DNA of 58,981 bases. Origin: a virus (Duplodnaviria > Caudoviricetes). Position numbers and translations under genes: made by a program. This document shows, in pieces, positions 1 to 9,935 of this stretch; position 1 is the stretch's first letter; every line of letters starts with the position of its first letter. The stretch spans positions 1-58,981 of IMG/VR virus record IMGVR_UViG_3300031785_000001; one strand, 5' to 3'. The notes under the pieces were generated by a model that had not been told where the DNA came from, made no database searches, and saw nothing but the letters and a program-made list of their open reading frames with translations.

Positions 1-127
1 TCCAGTTTCTTATCTCTGATTGGTTGATTCCTCTAGGGAGATTGGGGTTTATACTGCTTAGAGGTATCTCTGGGTTTATAATAAAATCTGGCAATGCCCG
101 TTTAGACCTCGGAGGTCTATTCGGGTC
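1..127. repeat. 127-nt direct repeat identical to window end (assembly circularisation overlap)
   Basis: 1-127 equals 58855-58981; an ORF reads through the junction. Confidence 0.95.
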
Positions 128-2035
128 GTCTTTCGCAGGATTAGGTATATAGACCCAATAGCTTCTACCACCTACATTTATTTTTTCCTGACCAAACACT
201 TCTGGAATACCAAAGCCTTCCTTTCTGGCACTAAGGTCAAGCTCGTCTTGATTGGTTTGGTTGTAAATTATGTTGTCTTTAATCTCATTAGCTCTGTTTC
301 TAACTTCCTCTAATTTCTGTTGTAGGTTTGTTACTATTCCTTCAACTGCTTCTGCATCCCATCCGCCTTTAGAAAAATCTAACCACTTAATTGTATTGGC
401 TCCAGCCCTTCTTATATCGTTTCTGTATCCAGCCATAACATTTGTGGTCTCTAGAATTATTTTCTCTAAAGCCTCTTGCTGTTTCGTTGGGTCTGTTTCG
501 TTCTCTATAGCTGTTAAATAACTATCCATTTTAGCTAGGTCGTCAGTTATCTCTGAATTAATATTTGTTTGCCATTGACTGAATCCCTGAGTCTCAAGAG
601 GAACAGGATGTGTTTTAGCAAAGTTGTCTTGAGACGCTTCACTTAGACCCATTCTAACTCTTTGGTAATCGGGATGATTTTTAATAAATTGAATACCCAC
701 AGAAGGATTTTCACTATCTTTTGTTACCTCTGCAAACTCTTCGCTCGCCATAATGCTATTGATTATTTGTATTTGCATTGGACCTAGGTAATCAGTTACA
801 GCTATGCTTGCTCCAACTGGACCAAGAGCGTTCTTACCTGTTTCCATATTTCTTTCTCTAAATTCATTACCTGCTTCGACTCTTGCGGCACTTAATTTGT
901 TAACATCTTGTCCGTATCCCTGTTGCTGATTCGCCGTGACAGTAGCATACGCTCTTTCCATTATGCTTTTAATTATCGGTGAGTTAGCTTTATTGGGGTC
1001 GTTCAAGAAGGTTGCTTTGTCTACTCCAAATTTACGGTTAAATGCTTCTGGAGTTATGTTGTTATGTAGATACTCAATGATTTGATTTACTGTAGTGGCA
1101 GTATCTGGGTTGGTCACTACTAAAGCACTTAGTTGTGGCATAAGTCTAGTTACAGCGTCCTCATAATCTGAATCATATTTTTCGTTTAACTCTAATTCTC
1201 TGTCATCATCTTCTCTTTTCTTTTCTTCTGTTGCTCTTGCAAAAAGAGATGATATTGTAGAATCATTTAACGAATACCCAGTGTTTTGTAAAAGTGGGTT
1301 GTCGTTCATCATTGTCTTCAAGTCTTCTTGAGTAGCACCACCTGCAATATATTCTTTTGCCAAGCCTAATAAATTACTTTGATTACCTAAAATCCACTCA
1401 GCAGTTTCTCTATCTTTTTTTGTTTTTTCGTTTGCTAATATGTTACTTAGTTCTGTATCGGTAATACTAAAAGTCTGTAAAATGTTTGATTTAGTCGCGT
1501 CATCTAAATTACCGCCAGCCGCGTTTATTCTCTCTATCACCTGTGGAGTAATACCTGCTATTTGGTCAAACCTAAGTTTTCCATAATTTTGAGTAGAAAA
1601 AGCATTATCTAATTGTGGAGTCCAGTAATCTTCTTTATTCCCACCAAGACTCTTTATAAATTCATCTCTCGCTTTATCAATACCAGCCTGACTTCCATCT
1701 GATTGAAGAATATACTGGTCAGCTAAAGCACTAACTTGACCGCCTATTCTTAATTTATCAGCCATCGCTTCTATTCTTTTTTTCTGGTCGTCTCTAGCTT
1801 TATTCTCTTTATTTGTTTTTGCTATACCTTCCAGAACCCAAGACGATGGCGCACCTCCTCTAAGGTAATTAGAGCCACCAGATATATCATCTATGTAGTC
1901 TTGAAACTCTTCTAGGCTTGCGTAAGGATTATCTCTTTTGAACTGTTGGAAAGCATCAGCGATTTCGCGTCTTTGACGCCTTAACTCATCACCTCTTTTC
2001 TGCCAAGCCTGTCCAAAATTTGTAAAATCAACCAT
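1..2035 (-). CDS. Internal virion/ejection protein, ~686 aa, wraps the origin (continues 58854->58829)
   Basis: ATG at 2035 (MVDFTNFGQAWQKRGDELRRQRREIADAF...); frame continues across the junction to ...NWMLEQTPPQ-TAG at 58829-58831; missed by the ORF track; lies in the ejection-protein block; interior not fully translated by hand. Confidence 0.8.
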   Translation of the reverse strand, partial: MVDFTNFGQAWQKRGDELRRQRREIADAFQQFKRDNPYASLEEFQDYIDDISGGSNYLRGGAPSSWVLEGIAKTNKENKARDDQKKRIEAMADKLRIGGQVSALADQYILQSDGSQAGIDKARDEFIKSLGGNKEDYWTPQLDNAFSTQNYGKLRFDQIAGITPQVIERINAAGGNLDDATKSNILQTFSITDTELSNILANEKTKKDRETAEWILGNQSNLLGLAKEYIAGGATQEDLKTMMNDNPLLQNTGYSLNDSTISSLFARATEEKKREDDDRELELNEKYDSDYEDAVTRLMPQLSALVVTNPDTATTVNQIIEYLHNNITPEAFNRKFGVDKATFLNDPNKANSPIIKSIMERAYATVTANQQQGYGQDVNKLSAARVEAGNEFRERNMETGKNALGPVGASIAVTDYLGPMQIQIINSIMASEEFAEVTKDSENPSVGIQFIKNHPDYQRVRMGLSEASQDNFAKTHPVPLETQGFSQWQTNINSEITDDLAKMDSYLTAIENETDPTKQQEALEKIILETTNVMAGYRNDIRRAGANTIKWLDFSKGGWDAEAVEGIVTNLQQKLEEVRNRANEIKDNIIYNQTNQDELDLSARKEGFGIPEVFGQEKINVGGRSYWVYIPNPAKDDPNRPPRSKRALPDFIINPEIPLSSINPNLPRGINQSEIRNW

Positions 2036-2038
2036 GCA

Positions 2039-3517
2039 TTAACCCCATAACCAATGTTTTGATGCGTTTTCCTCTCGTCCAGACCCCCACTTCTGTTTAC
2101 CCCATGAACCTACTTCGTCAAATAAGTCTCTGCCTGTAGCGGCTACACCTGCACCTGCTCGTTGAGCGTCATCTAAAGCATTTTGATAAGTCTGACTTGC
2201 GGCTGTCATCATTGCACTAGACAAAGCACTATTATTTCCAAACTCTTTAGTTCCTATGCTCATGGAGTAAGGATTGTAAACTCCTGTAGGAAGTTGATTG
2301 GCTCCCATATAAGCGGCAGTTCTTGGATTTAACCAAGGTGCAAGACGAGACATTCCATAAGCCCTGTCTCCTCCATCATAGATACCAGAACCTATAGCTA
2401 CAGGAGCGCGGTAATCATTGGCAGAACTTATATCTCTATTAAGTATTCCTGTTGGAGTTCCTGCTAATAGATTTAAGTAACCTCCAGCAGACGCCTCTTC
2501 AGGTAATAAGTTTAAGTATTCCAGACCTGCGCCAGCTAATGCACCTCGGTCTTGAATCATAGCTTTCCTTTGACCCATGATTGTTCCGATGTTTTGATTT
2601 AGTGCATCCGTTTTGCCAGTTATATAACTCAATGCATCGTCATAGGCTTGGCGTCTTGCGTCTTGATACTTGTCTGCAATTTCCCTTGTAATGTTTGCTC
2701 GTCTCATTGTCCCCGGAGTTGACATATCTATACCACCACGAATTAAATCAGCTTCATTAATTGAAGCTGTTAATGTAGCGGCTCTGTCTACATCTCCTTC
2801 GTATTCTCTTGAGCGTCTGTTAAATTCATCAGCAATCATTCTTCCATCTAGTCTTGCAGGCTGAGGTATGAATGGTAAATCTTGTTCAACACCTGCCACA
2901 GCAGAACTATATGCATCTATCCTATCTAAGATGTCTTGCCTTTGAGCTAAATCTAAATCTCTTTCTTGTTGGTATAAGTCTCTAGCACCAGCATATTCTG
3001 CTTCATAGAACTCTCGTTCTATTTGCTTTTCTTCCCTATCTTCTAAGAATCTAATTAACTCTTCGTCTCGCTCACCACTGGCTATTGCTTGAGCTTCTTT
3101 AAGTTGCTCAATAGCAAATGCCCTTTCTTCTTCAGCCAAGTCTTGACGCTCAAGTATTGTAGTAAGATAAAGCTCTTGCATCCTTGCGGCTTCTTTGTCT
3201 TCCTGAACTTGTCGCCTTATGCTTTCTGCTCTTTCAGATAGTATCCTTTTCTTGTAGTCACGAAGCTCGTCTTGTGCAAACCGCCTTTCCTCGCTAGTCT
3301 GCATACGATTAAGTCTTTCCATGACTCTACGATAGGCGTTCTCTTCTCTTTGGGCTTTTTGGTCAGCAAGAGTTATTGCAAGGTTTGCACCTTGCATTTC
3401 ACGAGTTCTTTCAAACTCATATTGCTGTTGCGCTAGGGCGGCTGAGGCTCTTTTATCGGCTTTGTTAGCACCGTATATTGAACCTGCAAACCCTAATGCC
3501 GCACTAAATAAACCCAT
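2039..3517 (-). CDS. Internal virion (DNA ejection) protein
   Basis: N-terminal MGLFSAALGFAGSIYG Gly/Ala-rich helix then coiled coil; position after tail genes; AGGAGG RBS. Confidence 0.65.
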   Translation of the reverse strand: MGLFSAALGFAGSIYGANKADKRASAALAQQQYEFERTREMQGANLAITLADQKAQREENAYRRVMERLNRMQTSEERRFAQDELRDYKKRILSERAESIRRQVQEDKEAARMQELYLTTILERQDLAEEERAFAIEQLKEAQAIASGERDEELIRFLEDREEKQIEREFYEAEYAGARDLYQQERDLDLAQRQDILDRIDAYSSAVAGVEQDLPFIPQPARLDGRMIADEFNRRSREYEGDVDRAATLTASINEADLIRGGIDMSTPGTMRRANITREIADKYQDARRQAYDDALSYITGKTDALNQNIGTIMGQRKAMIQDRGALAGAGLEYLNLLPEEASAGGYLNLLAGTPTGILNRDISSANDYRAPVAIGSGIYDGGDRAYGMSRLAPWLNPRTAAYMGANQLPTGVYNPYSMSIGTKEFGNNSALSSAMMTAASQTYQNALDDAQRAGAGVAATGRDLFDEVGSWGKQKWGSGREENASKHWLWG

Positions 3518-3529
3518 AGTACGACCTCC

Positions 3530-5437
3530 TTAAGCTATCGTTATAGCATTAGCTAACGAAGATGAGAACGGAGATGAAGACGATAAGTAGTTATCTTCTT
3601 CTTCGTCTACTGGATTATAGTTATAAGCCTGAACTCCAAATGGGGTTATCAGAGACTGCTGACCAAATGTAGGTACTCCTTGCTGTCCTATAACAAGATT
3701 GCCTTGAGCCGCATTTTGTCTAGCCATAACATTTTGAGCATCACGCTCTAGTCTTTGTTTCTCTGAATTAAGCCTATCTAGAATAGCTGTGATTTCATCC
3801 ATAGCTTGTTGAGATTTATACAAGTCTATTTCTGCTTTCATATCACCAGCAGTATCTTGGTCTCCAGTTAAATCTCCAACAGAATAATAGCTTCCATCTC
3901 TTACAGACTGTAAAAGAACTTTTGCATCGTCTTCTAGTTTTTGTCTATAAGCTGTTAGCTCACCAATCTTGTTGTCAATTTCATTACTTCTGACTCTTAT
4001 TTCTTCAGAAATATCTGAAACTCTTCCACCAGAGAATGGGCTTAACCTATCTCCAGCTTGGTCTACTCTGCCTCTGTAAGCATTAATTGCCTGCTCATCC
4101 CACAAAGGAACATCAGCAAGACCAGTTGTTGAGCCTTGAATATCAGCTAAGATGTCATCAAGTCTTTCGCCTCTTTCATCATATAGACCTTGAAGTCTTG
4201 TTGTGGCTCTAGGACCATAGAATCCTCCAGTAAATTCATCAAATGGAAGAAGGCTACTAAAGTTATCTGCTTGATAATTCGCATAATCAAGTTGGTCTTG
4301 AAGTGCGTCTAGCCCAGCTTTTGAATAAATTCCTGTTTCGCCAGCAACATTGTAAATGTCTTGAAGACCAGACCTATAGTCTGTTCTGAAGTCATCTATT
4401 CTTCCTTGCTCGGTAGTTCTTTCTTGCATTAACTGATTAAGTCTTGTTTGTAATGCTTCGAGTTCTGCCTCTTGACCTCCCCAACTTCCCGGTCCAAGAA
4501 CAGAAGAGAATGAGTTTTTGCTTCTGTTAATCTCATTTATCCTGTTTTGGATAGATTGCATTTCTGCAAGATTGGTTATGTTCAAGCCACCAAGTATGTC
4601 TGACTGAGCATCAATATCTGTATAAAGCTGGTCACCAAAAGCCGAAACTCTCGCGCCTTCAGCCGCTCTAGCAGATTTCAGGTTATTAATCGTAGTCAGA
4701 AGACTATTGATTTCATTCTGCGCTCTTTCTCTGTCTGCGCCAGTCATTAACTGGTTAGCTATTTCAGACTGAGGATTATCTAAAGCAAACTGCAACTGAT
4801 TTAACTGTCTCTCTATATCGCCAGTATTGGAAGTTATATCCATGCCACCTAGAGAAAAGCCCATATCATTTAGGTTTTTAAAGCCGTCATATATTTGCTG
4901 TTTAATCCCTGCCTCTGCGTCTCTCCTATCTGATACAAGACCTGTTAAAGTACTTCTCGTTCCAGATAAATCATCTCTAAAATTTTGAAGACCAGAAGTG
5001 TCGTAACTTGAAAGAGTTGGAAGTTCAGATTCAGATATTGTAACTGGACCCCACTCTGTTTGAAGGACACTATCGAACAATGGCTTATCTATACCAAGAC
5101 CACCAGAATATTGGTCTATGTTACTAATGGTTGAATCAAGCCACTGACCATATGTCTGACCAGAGTCGTTTGTTCTGGTAGATATATTTTCATTTACATC
5201 TGTAGTTGTTGGGTCATCCCACAAAGATGTAACTGTCGCACCTTGAACCAAATTATCAACATCGCTATAGACATTTCTTGAGTCTTGCAATGCTGTATCA
5301 TATTCACTAACAGCCGTGTTCCATGCGTCTGCTTGTGTTTGAGCGTCTGCAAGATATGCCGCTTTAGCCGCTTGTTTCTGTGCTGTATAATCTGGGGGTG
5401 GTGGTGGTGAACCTCCCCCTCCGCCATAAAGTCCCAT
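3530..5437 (-). CDS. Internal virion (ejection) protein, coiled-coil
   Basis: MGLYGGGGGSPPPPPDY N-terminus typical of podovirus pilot/ejection proteins; long helical body. Confidence 0.65.
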   Translation of the reverse strand: MGLYGGGGGSPPPPPDYTAQKQAAKAAYLADAQTQADAWNTAVSEYDTALQDSRNVYSDVDNLVQGATVTSLWDDPTTTDVNENISTRTNDSGQTYGQWLDSTISNIDQYSGGLGIDKPLFDSVLQTEWGPVTISESELPTLSSYDTSGLQNFRDDLSGTRSTLTGLVSDRRDAEAGIKQQIYDGFKNLNDMGFSLGGMDITSNTGDIERQLNQLQFALDNPQSEIANQLMTGADRERAQNEINSLLTTINNLKSARAAEGARVSAFGDQLYTDIDAQSDILGGLNITNLAEMQSIQNRINEINRSKNSFSSVLGPGSWGGQEAELEALQTRLNQLMQERTTEQGRIDDFRTDYRSGLQDIYNVAGETGIYSKAGLDALQDQLDYANYQADNFSSLLPFDEFTGGFYGPRATTRLQGLYDERGERLDDILADIQGSTTGLADVPLWDEQAINAYRGRVDQAGDRLSPFSGGRVSDISEEIRVRSNEIDNKIGELTAYRQKLEDDAKVLLQSVRDGSYYSVGDLTGDQDTAGDMKAEIDLYKSQQAMDEITAILDRLNSEKQRLERDAQNVMARQNAAQGNLVIGQQGVPTFGQQSLITPFGVQAYNYNPVDEEEDNYLSSSSPFSSSLANAITIA

Positions 5438-5976
5438 TATATTTCTCCTTCTCTAATAATATTCCTAACATTGCTATTACTTTCACCCTTGTCTTGAGCG
5501 TTCGTAGTAGCATTAGGGTTGTCATAATTTCTATACTCAGCCATTTTTCTCATATGCTCCCACCCTCCTGTTAGATAAGATACATGAGCAAAAACATCTA
5601 AATCACCGCACCTTATTATATGTGCTGAATCCTTTTTTAATTGGTTATCGCTGTTTTCCCATTCATCACCAATGATAGCTCTGTGTGCCATTTGAATTAA
5701 AAGAGAATAAAGTTGCTCTTTGTGTTTTAAATAAAATGGATTGAAACTAACCATATGAATGAAAGCCATAAATTCCTTTATAGCAGTTTCGCCATGCTGT
5801 TGATTTTTAGATACCTCTTCATAGTCTCCATCAATTAAGTCATCAAATGCTTGAGACCAATTCCAGACTCTCCAAAGAAAATCATAAGCACCTTTGTCCC
5901 CATTAGAAGCGGCTCTGAGCCAATCCTTCATTAGTGGGTTTTTAGATAGTTCCTTATTTGTGTCGCAATAATCCAT
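5437..5976 (-). CDS. Isoprenoid synthase/prenyltransferase-fold protein (DDxxD)
   Basis: All-helical 179 aa with Q-x-x-DDLIDGD aspartate-rich motif. Confidence 0.55.
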   Translation of the reverse strand: MDYCDTNKELSKNPLMKDWLRAASNGDKGAYDFLWRVWNWSQAFDDLIDGDYEEVSKNQQHGETAIKEFMAFIHMVSFNPFYLKHKEQLYSLLIQMAHRAIIGDEWENSDNQLKKDSAHIIRCGDLDVFAHVSYLTGGWEHMRKMAEYRNYDNPNATTNAQDKGESNSNVRNIIREGEI

Positions 5977-5983
5977 GTTGTTC

Positions 5984-7543
5984 CTATGTTGAAGAAATAC
6001 TTATAGCCATTGTCACTTCTAATACACTGGCTGATGCGTTGTTAGTAACTACATAACCAATACTATGAGATACTGTTGTTGCGTCTATTTGTATTGGTGT
6101 TCCTAAAACAAACTCAGTTGGTGTTGTTGATACAGAATAAGTATCTCCGTATGGAGTTCCATCAACTTGTAATTGTACTGAGCATGTTCCAGAAGTTGTC
6201 ATTAAAGAAAGAGCTTCAATAGTAATAGCTTGCCTAAAGACTCTCTTTACATGAATCGTTCCATTAGCAACCGTAGCTACTGTGTGGTATACGCTGTCCC
6301 TTGATAGGGTGCTAGGTAATTGAGAGGCTGGCAATCTTCCGTTTGAATCCAGAGAAGCCACTCCACTTGCCGCGCCTTTTTGGTTTACGCCAATAACTGA
6401 AGACAAGTCTTGTGTGCCGTATTCTAATGCTGTTCCAGTACCATTTACCTTTACATATTTACCAGCGTCTAGGGTAGTGAATGTAGGTAACGATGACTCT
6501 GGAGATGTTTTTAACCATTGTGTTCCAGTATAGAATTTTAATTGATAAGGGTTGTCGGATGTATCCATCCATAAATCACCAGACGCAGGTCCAGTTGGGG
6601 ATGTTCCTGATACTGTTAACTTAGCTTTTGAGTTAAGTCCGTTTACAAGACCGCTAACTTTCGCTTGAGTTATGTCTCCGTCTGCAATTCCAAGTTTTTC
6701 AAACTTAATAAGACCAGTAGATGAATCGGCAAAAGCCTCTTCCATCATCAATCCAGTTACAGCCTGAACAGATGTGTTTTCAACTGTGATGATTGTAACT
6801 GTGTTCCCTGTTGTTACAGCAGTATTAAACTGAACGGTATTCTGGTCAGGAATAGTTGTGTAGTCATTTGAACCACCTTCCTTTTGAAGAAGACCGTTTA
6901 GATAAACTTGCAGTTTAGTATTTGAGTCGTGAGTGAATGGGAAGTTAATTTGACTGGATGTTGTTGTTGTGTCGCTTCTTGTATATCCAGTAATCGAAGT
7001 AGCTCTAACTTTAAATATAGTTACATTCTGACCTGTAGTAAGACCAGCGTTGAATGTAACAATTCCAGCACTTCCAGTTCCACCAGTCGCGCTTGATACA
7101 TAATCATTTAATGCTCCAGATTGCTTTAAGATACCATCAACATAAACAAGCAACTCATCTGTAGCTTCGTGAGAATAATCAAAATCTGTTTGTCCTGATG
7201 TAGCAACAGAGTCTGCTCTTCCGTAGAAGATAGGCGCACCAATTTCTCCAGCTTGAGAACCGGGAGTCCCCCTAAGTTCAGCTAGAGTCATTAATGTTGT
7301 CCATCCAGCAGAAGAATCTGTGTATGTGCCAACTCTATACTGTATGCCACCTGAAGAGTCTTTTCTAAACTCTACTGGTCCAATCCAGCTTCCTTGAGCA
7401 TCGAAGATTTTTCCAAGCAACTCACCTATTGTATTTTCACCTAACTCAGCCGCGTTTATATATCGTATAACGCTTTCAAATTCGGTGTTGATGTTGCCTG
7501 AAGAACCGTAGTTCTGTGGAAATTGTTGTCTAATTCGCGCCAT
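5984..7543 (-). CDS. Virion structural protein (tail fibre/collar-like)
   Basis: Repeated LxVYxxGxLQ..DY beta modules, GVASLDSNGRLPASQLP tail-fibre motif. Confidence 0.65.
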   Translation of the reverse strand: MARIRQQFPQNYGSSGNINTEFESVIRYINAAELGENTIGELLGKIFDAQGSWIGPVEFRKDSSGGIQYRVGTYTDSSAGWTTLMTLAELRGTPGSQAGEIGAPIFYGRADSVATSGQTDFDYSHEATDELLVYVDGILKQSGALNDYVSSATGGTGSAGIVTFNAGLTTGQNVTIFKVRATSITGYTRSDTTTTSSQINFPFTHDSNTKLQVYLNGLLQKEGGSNDYTTIPDQNTVQFNTAVTTGNTVTIITVENTSVQAVTGLMMEEAFADSSTGLIKFEKLGIADGDITQAKVSGLVNGLNSKAKLTVSGTSPTGPASGDLWMDTSDNPYQLKFYTGTQWLKTSPESSLPTFTTLDAGKYVKVNGTGTALEYGTQDLSSVIGVNQKGAASGVASLDSNGRLPASQLPSTLSRDSVYHTVATVANGTIHVKRVFRQAITIEALSLMTTSGTCSVQLQVDGTPYGDTYSVSTTPTEFVLGTPIQIDATTVSHSIGYVVTNNASASVLEVTMAISISST

Positions 7544-7544
7544 A

Positions 7545-9056
7545 TTATTCCCTCACTGTAACAGCAAAACCGATGATTCTTAATAAGCCTCTTCCGCCAG
7601 TAGTTTTAATTCTATACTGCGCGGCTCTATATCGGTGTTGCCACTTTCTTTCATATTGCCGTGATAATGGCACATCCGCAAAGTAGTTGTCGTCCGATGT
7701 GTCATCAACTTCCATAACTAATTCACCTATTATTTTCCCGTTTTCGTCTTGGGCGTCTATAGTTATAACTCCCTTACCAGCCGCTTGTATCAAAAGGCTA
7801 GATGTTTCCTTGGTTTGCTCAAGACTTCCGTGCCATAACAAGGGCGTCTTGATGTCCATATTTGGAGTAAAGGAATTGTCATTTTCTTTCTCAACTTTAA
7901 GAACTTCATACACTCCACCAGTAGTTCCAAATAAAAGTTTTCCATTCAAGAAAGCACCGCTTCTTGAATTTAAGAAATCACCAGTGCTGAACTTAGGTTG
8001 GGCTTCTCCGCCCTCTGGGTTCATCGCCAATGACAATCTTCTACATAACTTCCCTCCGCTCTGTGGAAAGAAGACATGATAAATAGCTTCGTCTTGGTCA
8101 AATACTGCGCTGATTTGTTCCTTCTTGGGTACGGAGTTGAATAGCTCTCGATAAAGCAGGTCTATCTTGTCCGATAGGCTGTAAGAATACACTAGGATTC
8201 CGTTTTCTTCCGAGCGTTTTATCGAATGGATACCAGACCGCGAGCAGAATAGGAGGTCTGTCCCAGCGTTCTGTATTGTGTTGTGCGATGCGCACCCTAT
8301 GTATATGTTTGCGTTGTCGTCTATTGTCCATTGAGTTATGTCTGGGTCTATTTTGTAAATTATGGCTCTATCAGCCGTGAAGATTACGAGTCGATTCTGT
8401 TCAAAAGCCCCCAATCCGGTTATTTGGTCTGCTGTTCCTAAATTGTTAGCTATGTCAATGTAGCCTCCCCTTAATACACTTGTCTCCCCTGCCGCTTCAT
8501 CAAGAGGGAAAATCTCGTCTTGGTCAACTCTAGTGATATGAACTTCTGTTTCTCTTCCTGTTATTCCTCCCACCACAAGACGCCTTTGCACCGATGTGCA
8601 AAAAGCAGGTAATAGTTCGTTGGCTGAAGGAGATTGATTTCGACTAAATGTAGACCCATCATATCTATACATAGGTCTGCCCTTAGATGTCAGTATGGCG
8701 TTTTGGTTAAATACTGTAGAAGAAACAATAGAGTTAGCTGAGTGGACATTCTCAAGAGTATGACCTCTTTGAGATTTAAAATTAAGTCCAGCTTCTGTGG
8801 ACTCAGCCCAGACAGCCTCATCTTTAGAAAAGAACCTTATATGGTCTACATTGTATTCGCCGTAAATATATTTACATGCAGGGTCACGCACAATTTGACC
8901 GCGCCAATCTGTAGTAGCGTTGTTAATTACTGACAGGTGTTGGTCTTTTCCTGTATCAAGACTCGTAACATCTCTCGATGTATCAAGACCTTGAAAATTC
9001 TCATAGGCGTAAGTCTTGACCTTCACCCCAGAAGGGCTTTTTGTTGTTGAAGTCAT
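7545..9056 (-). CDS. Tail nozzle/stabilisation protein (beta-propeller)
   Basis: FQGLD N-terminus, ITGLGAFEQNRLVIF and GCASHNTIQ..GTDLLF..SGIHS blades; follows the adaptor. Confidence 0.65.
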   Translation of the reverse strand: MTSTTKSPSGVKVKTYAYENFQGLDTSRDVTSLDTGKDQHLSVINNATTDWRGQIVRDPACKYIYGEYNVDHIRFFSKDEAVWAESTEAGLNFKSQRGHTLENVHSANSIVSSTVFNQNAILTSKGRPMYRYDGSTFSRNQSPSANELLPAFCTSVQRRLVVGGITGRETEVHITRVDQDEIFPLDEAAGETSVLRGGYIDIANNLGTADQITGLGAFEQNRLVIFTADRAIIYKIDPDITQWTIDDNANIYIGCASHNTIQNAGTDLLFCSRSGIHSIKRSEENGILVYSYSLSDKIDLLYRELFNSVPKKEQISAVFDQDEAIYHVFFPQSGGKLCRRLSLAMNPEGGEAQPKFSTGDFLNSRSGAFLNGKLLFGTTGGVYEVLKVEKENDNSFTPNMDIKTPLLWHGSLEQTKETSSLLIQAAGKGVITIDAQDENGKIIGELVMEVDDTSDDNYFADVPLSRQYERKWQHRYRAAQYRIKTTGGRGLLRIIGFAVTVRE

Positions 9057-9532
9057 GTCGCAACTGTTGTCCCGTTATATTGACTTGTCTTTGTGTTGTT
9101 CTTGTTTCTCTTATTTGTCCCATCATCAACAACTCGCATCCTTATTTTAGTATTTCCATTAAGTTTGTTCCATAAGTGTTGATTAAGAACCCTGTTATAA
9201 ACAGGCATATACATCTGAGTCTTGTCGCTTCCTTGCTGTAATGCATATTGGAATATAAGACCAGCTACTATTACTGGGTCTGGGACATCTCTAACTTCTT
9301 CCGCAGATTCATAGTAATTAATATCTGTACCATCATGGTATGGGTGCTGTCTTATCTCGTCTATGATTGTATTAGCAAATTCAATAAACATTAAAAGAAC
9401 ATCACCATCCACAGTGCCGGGGTTAAAATCCCCATATCGTCTTAAAGCCTGCATAGCCAAGACAGATAAGGGGGAGTGCTTATCCCTTATGTGTGGATTT
9501 GTATTGCTTGTTGCATTAGATGTGTTTGCCAT
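9053..9532 (-). CDS. Head-tail adaptor protein
   Basis: Helical 159 aa (ALRRYG...DVPDPVIVAGL) between capsid and nozzle genes. Confidence 0.55.
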   Translation of the reverse strand: MANTSNATSNTNPHIRDKHSPLSVLAMQALRRYGDFNPGTVDGDVLLMFIEFANTIIDEIRQHPYHDGTDINYYESAEEVRDVPDPVIVAGLIFQYALQQGSDKTQMYMPVYNRVLNQHLWNKLNGNTKIRMRVVDDGTNKRNKNNTKTSQYNGTTVAT

Positions 9533-9539
9533 ATTTCAC

Positions 9540-9860
9540 CTATTTGCGTCTTACTCTTCCGCTTTGTACGAAATGATGTTGTTCAAATCTTTCTACATCA
9601 CTCGCTTGTACTTTCCAGTTTAGTCTTCCATCAGAAAAATCTCTCGTAGACGAGATGTCAGCAACATCAAACATTGATGGCTCTTTTTCTCTAGACTCAT
9701 AATAAACTACTCCCGAAGCTGGGGTAGATGGTTTCGCAGGCTTTTCTTCCTGTACAAATGCTTCATTCACATCTGGAGTCTCTGGATTGTCAGCCTGATA
9801 ATGACCTTTAGAGTTCCTCGCTCTGACAGGTTTCTTTGTTGATTTGGTTTTTGCGTTCAT
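9540..9860 (-). CDS. Hypothetical protein (RARNxKGHYxADNPxTPDVNEA motif)
   Basis: AGGAG RBS; motif recurrent in marine phage structural modules. Confidence 0.6.
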   Translation of the reverse strand: MNAKTKSTKKPVRARNSKGHYQADNPETPDVNEAFVQEEKPAKPSTPASGVVYYESREKEPSMFDVADISSTRDFSDGRLNWKVQASDVERFEQHHFVQSGRVRRK

Positions 9861-9871
9861 GTTTAGCTCCT

Positions 9872-9904
9872 AAAATAAAAAAGGGGGTGCTATTGCACCC
9901 CCTT
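9872..9904 (-). terminator. Intrinsic terminator after major capsid gene
   Basis: AAGGGGGTGC-AATA-GCACCCCCTT followed by T-rich tract. Confidence 0.85.
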
Positions 9905-9935
9905 ACTATGGACTAACATACTGAAAAGGTCGTCC
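9905..9935 (-). promoter_or_regulatory. Candidate late promoter GGACGACC-N17-CATAGT
   Basis: Member of recurring motif family. Confidence 0.5.
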
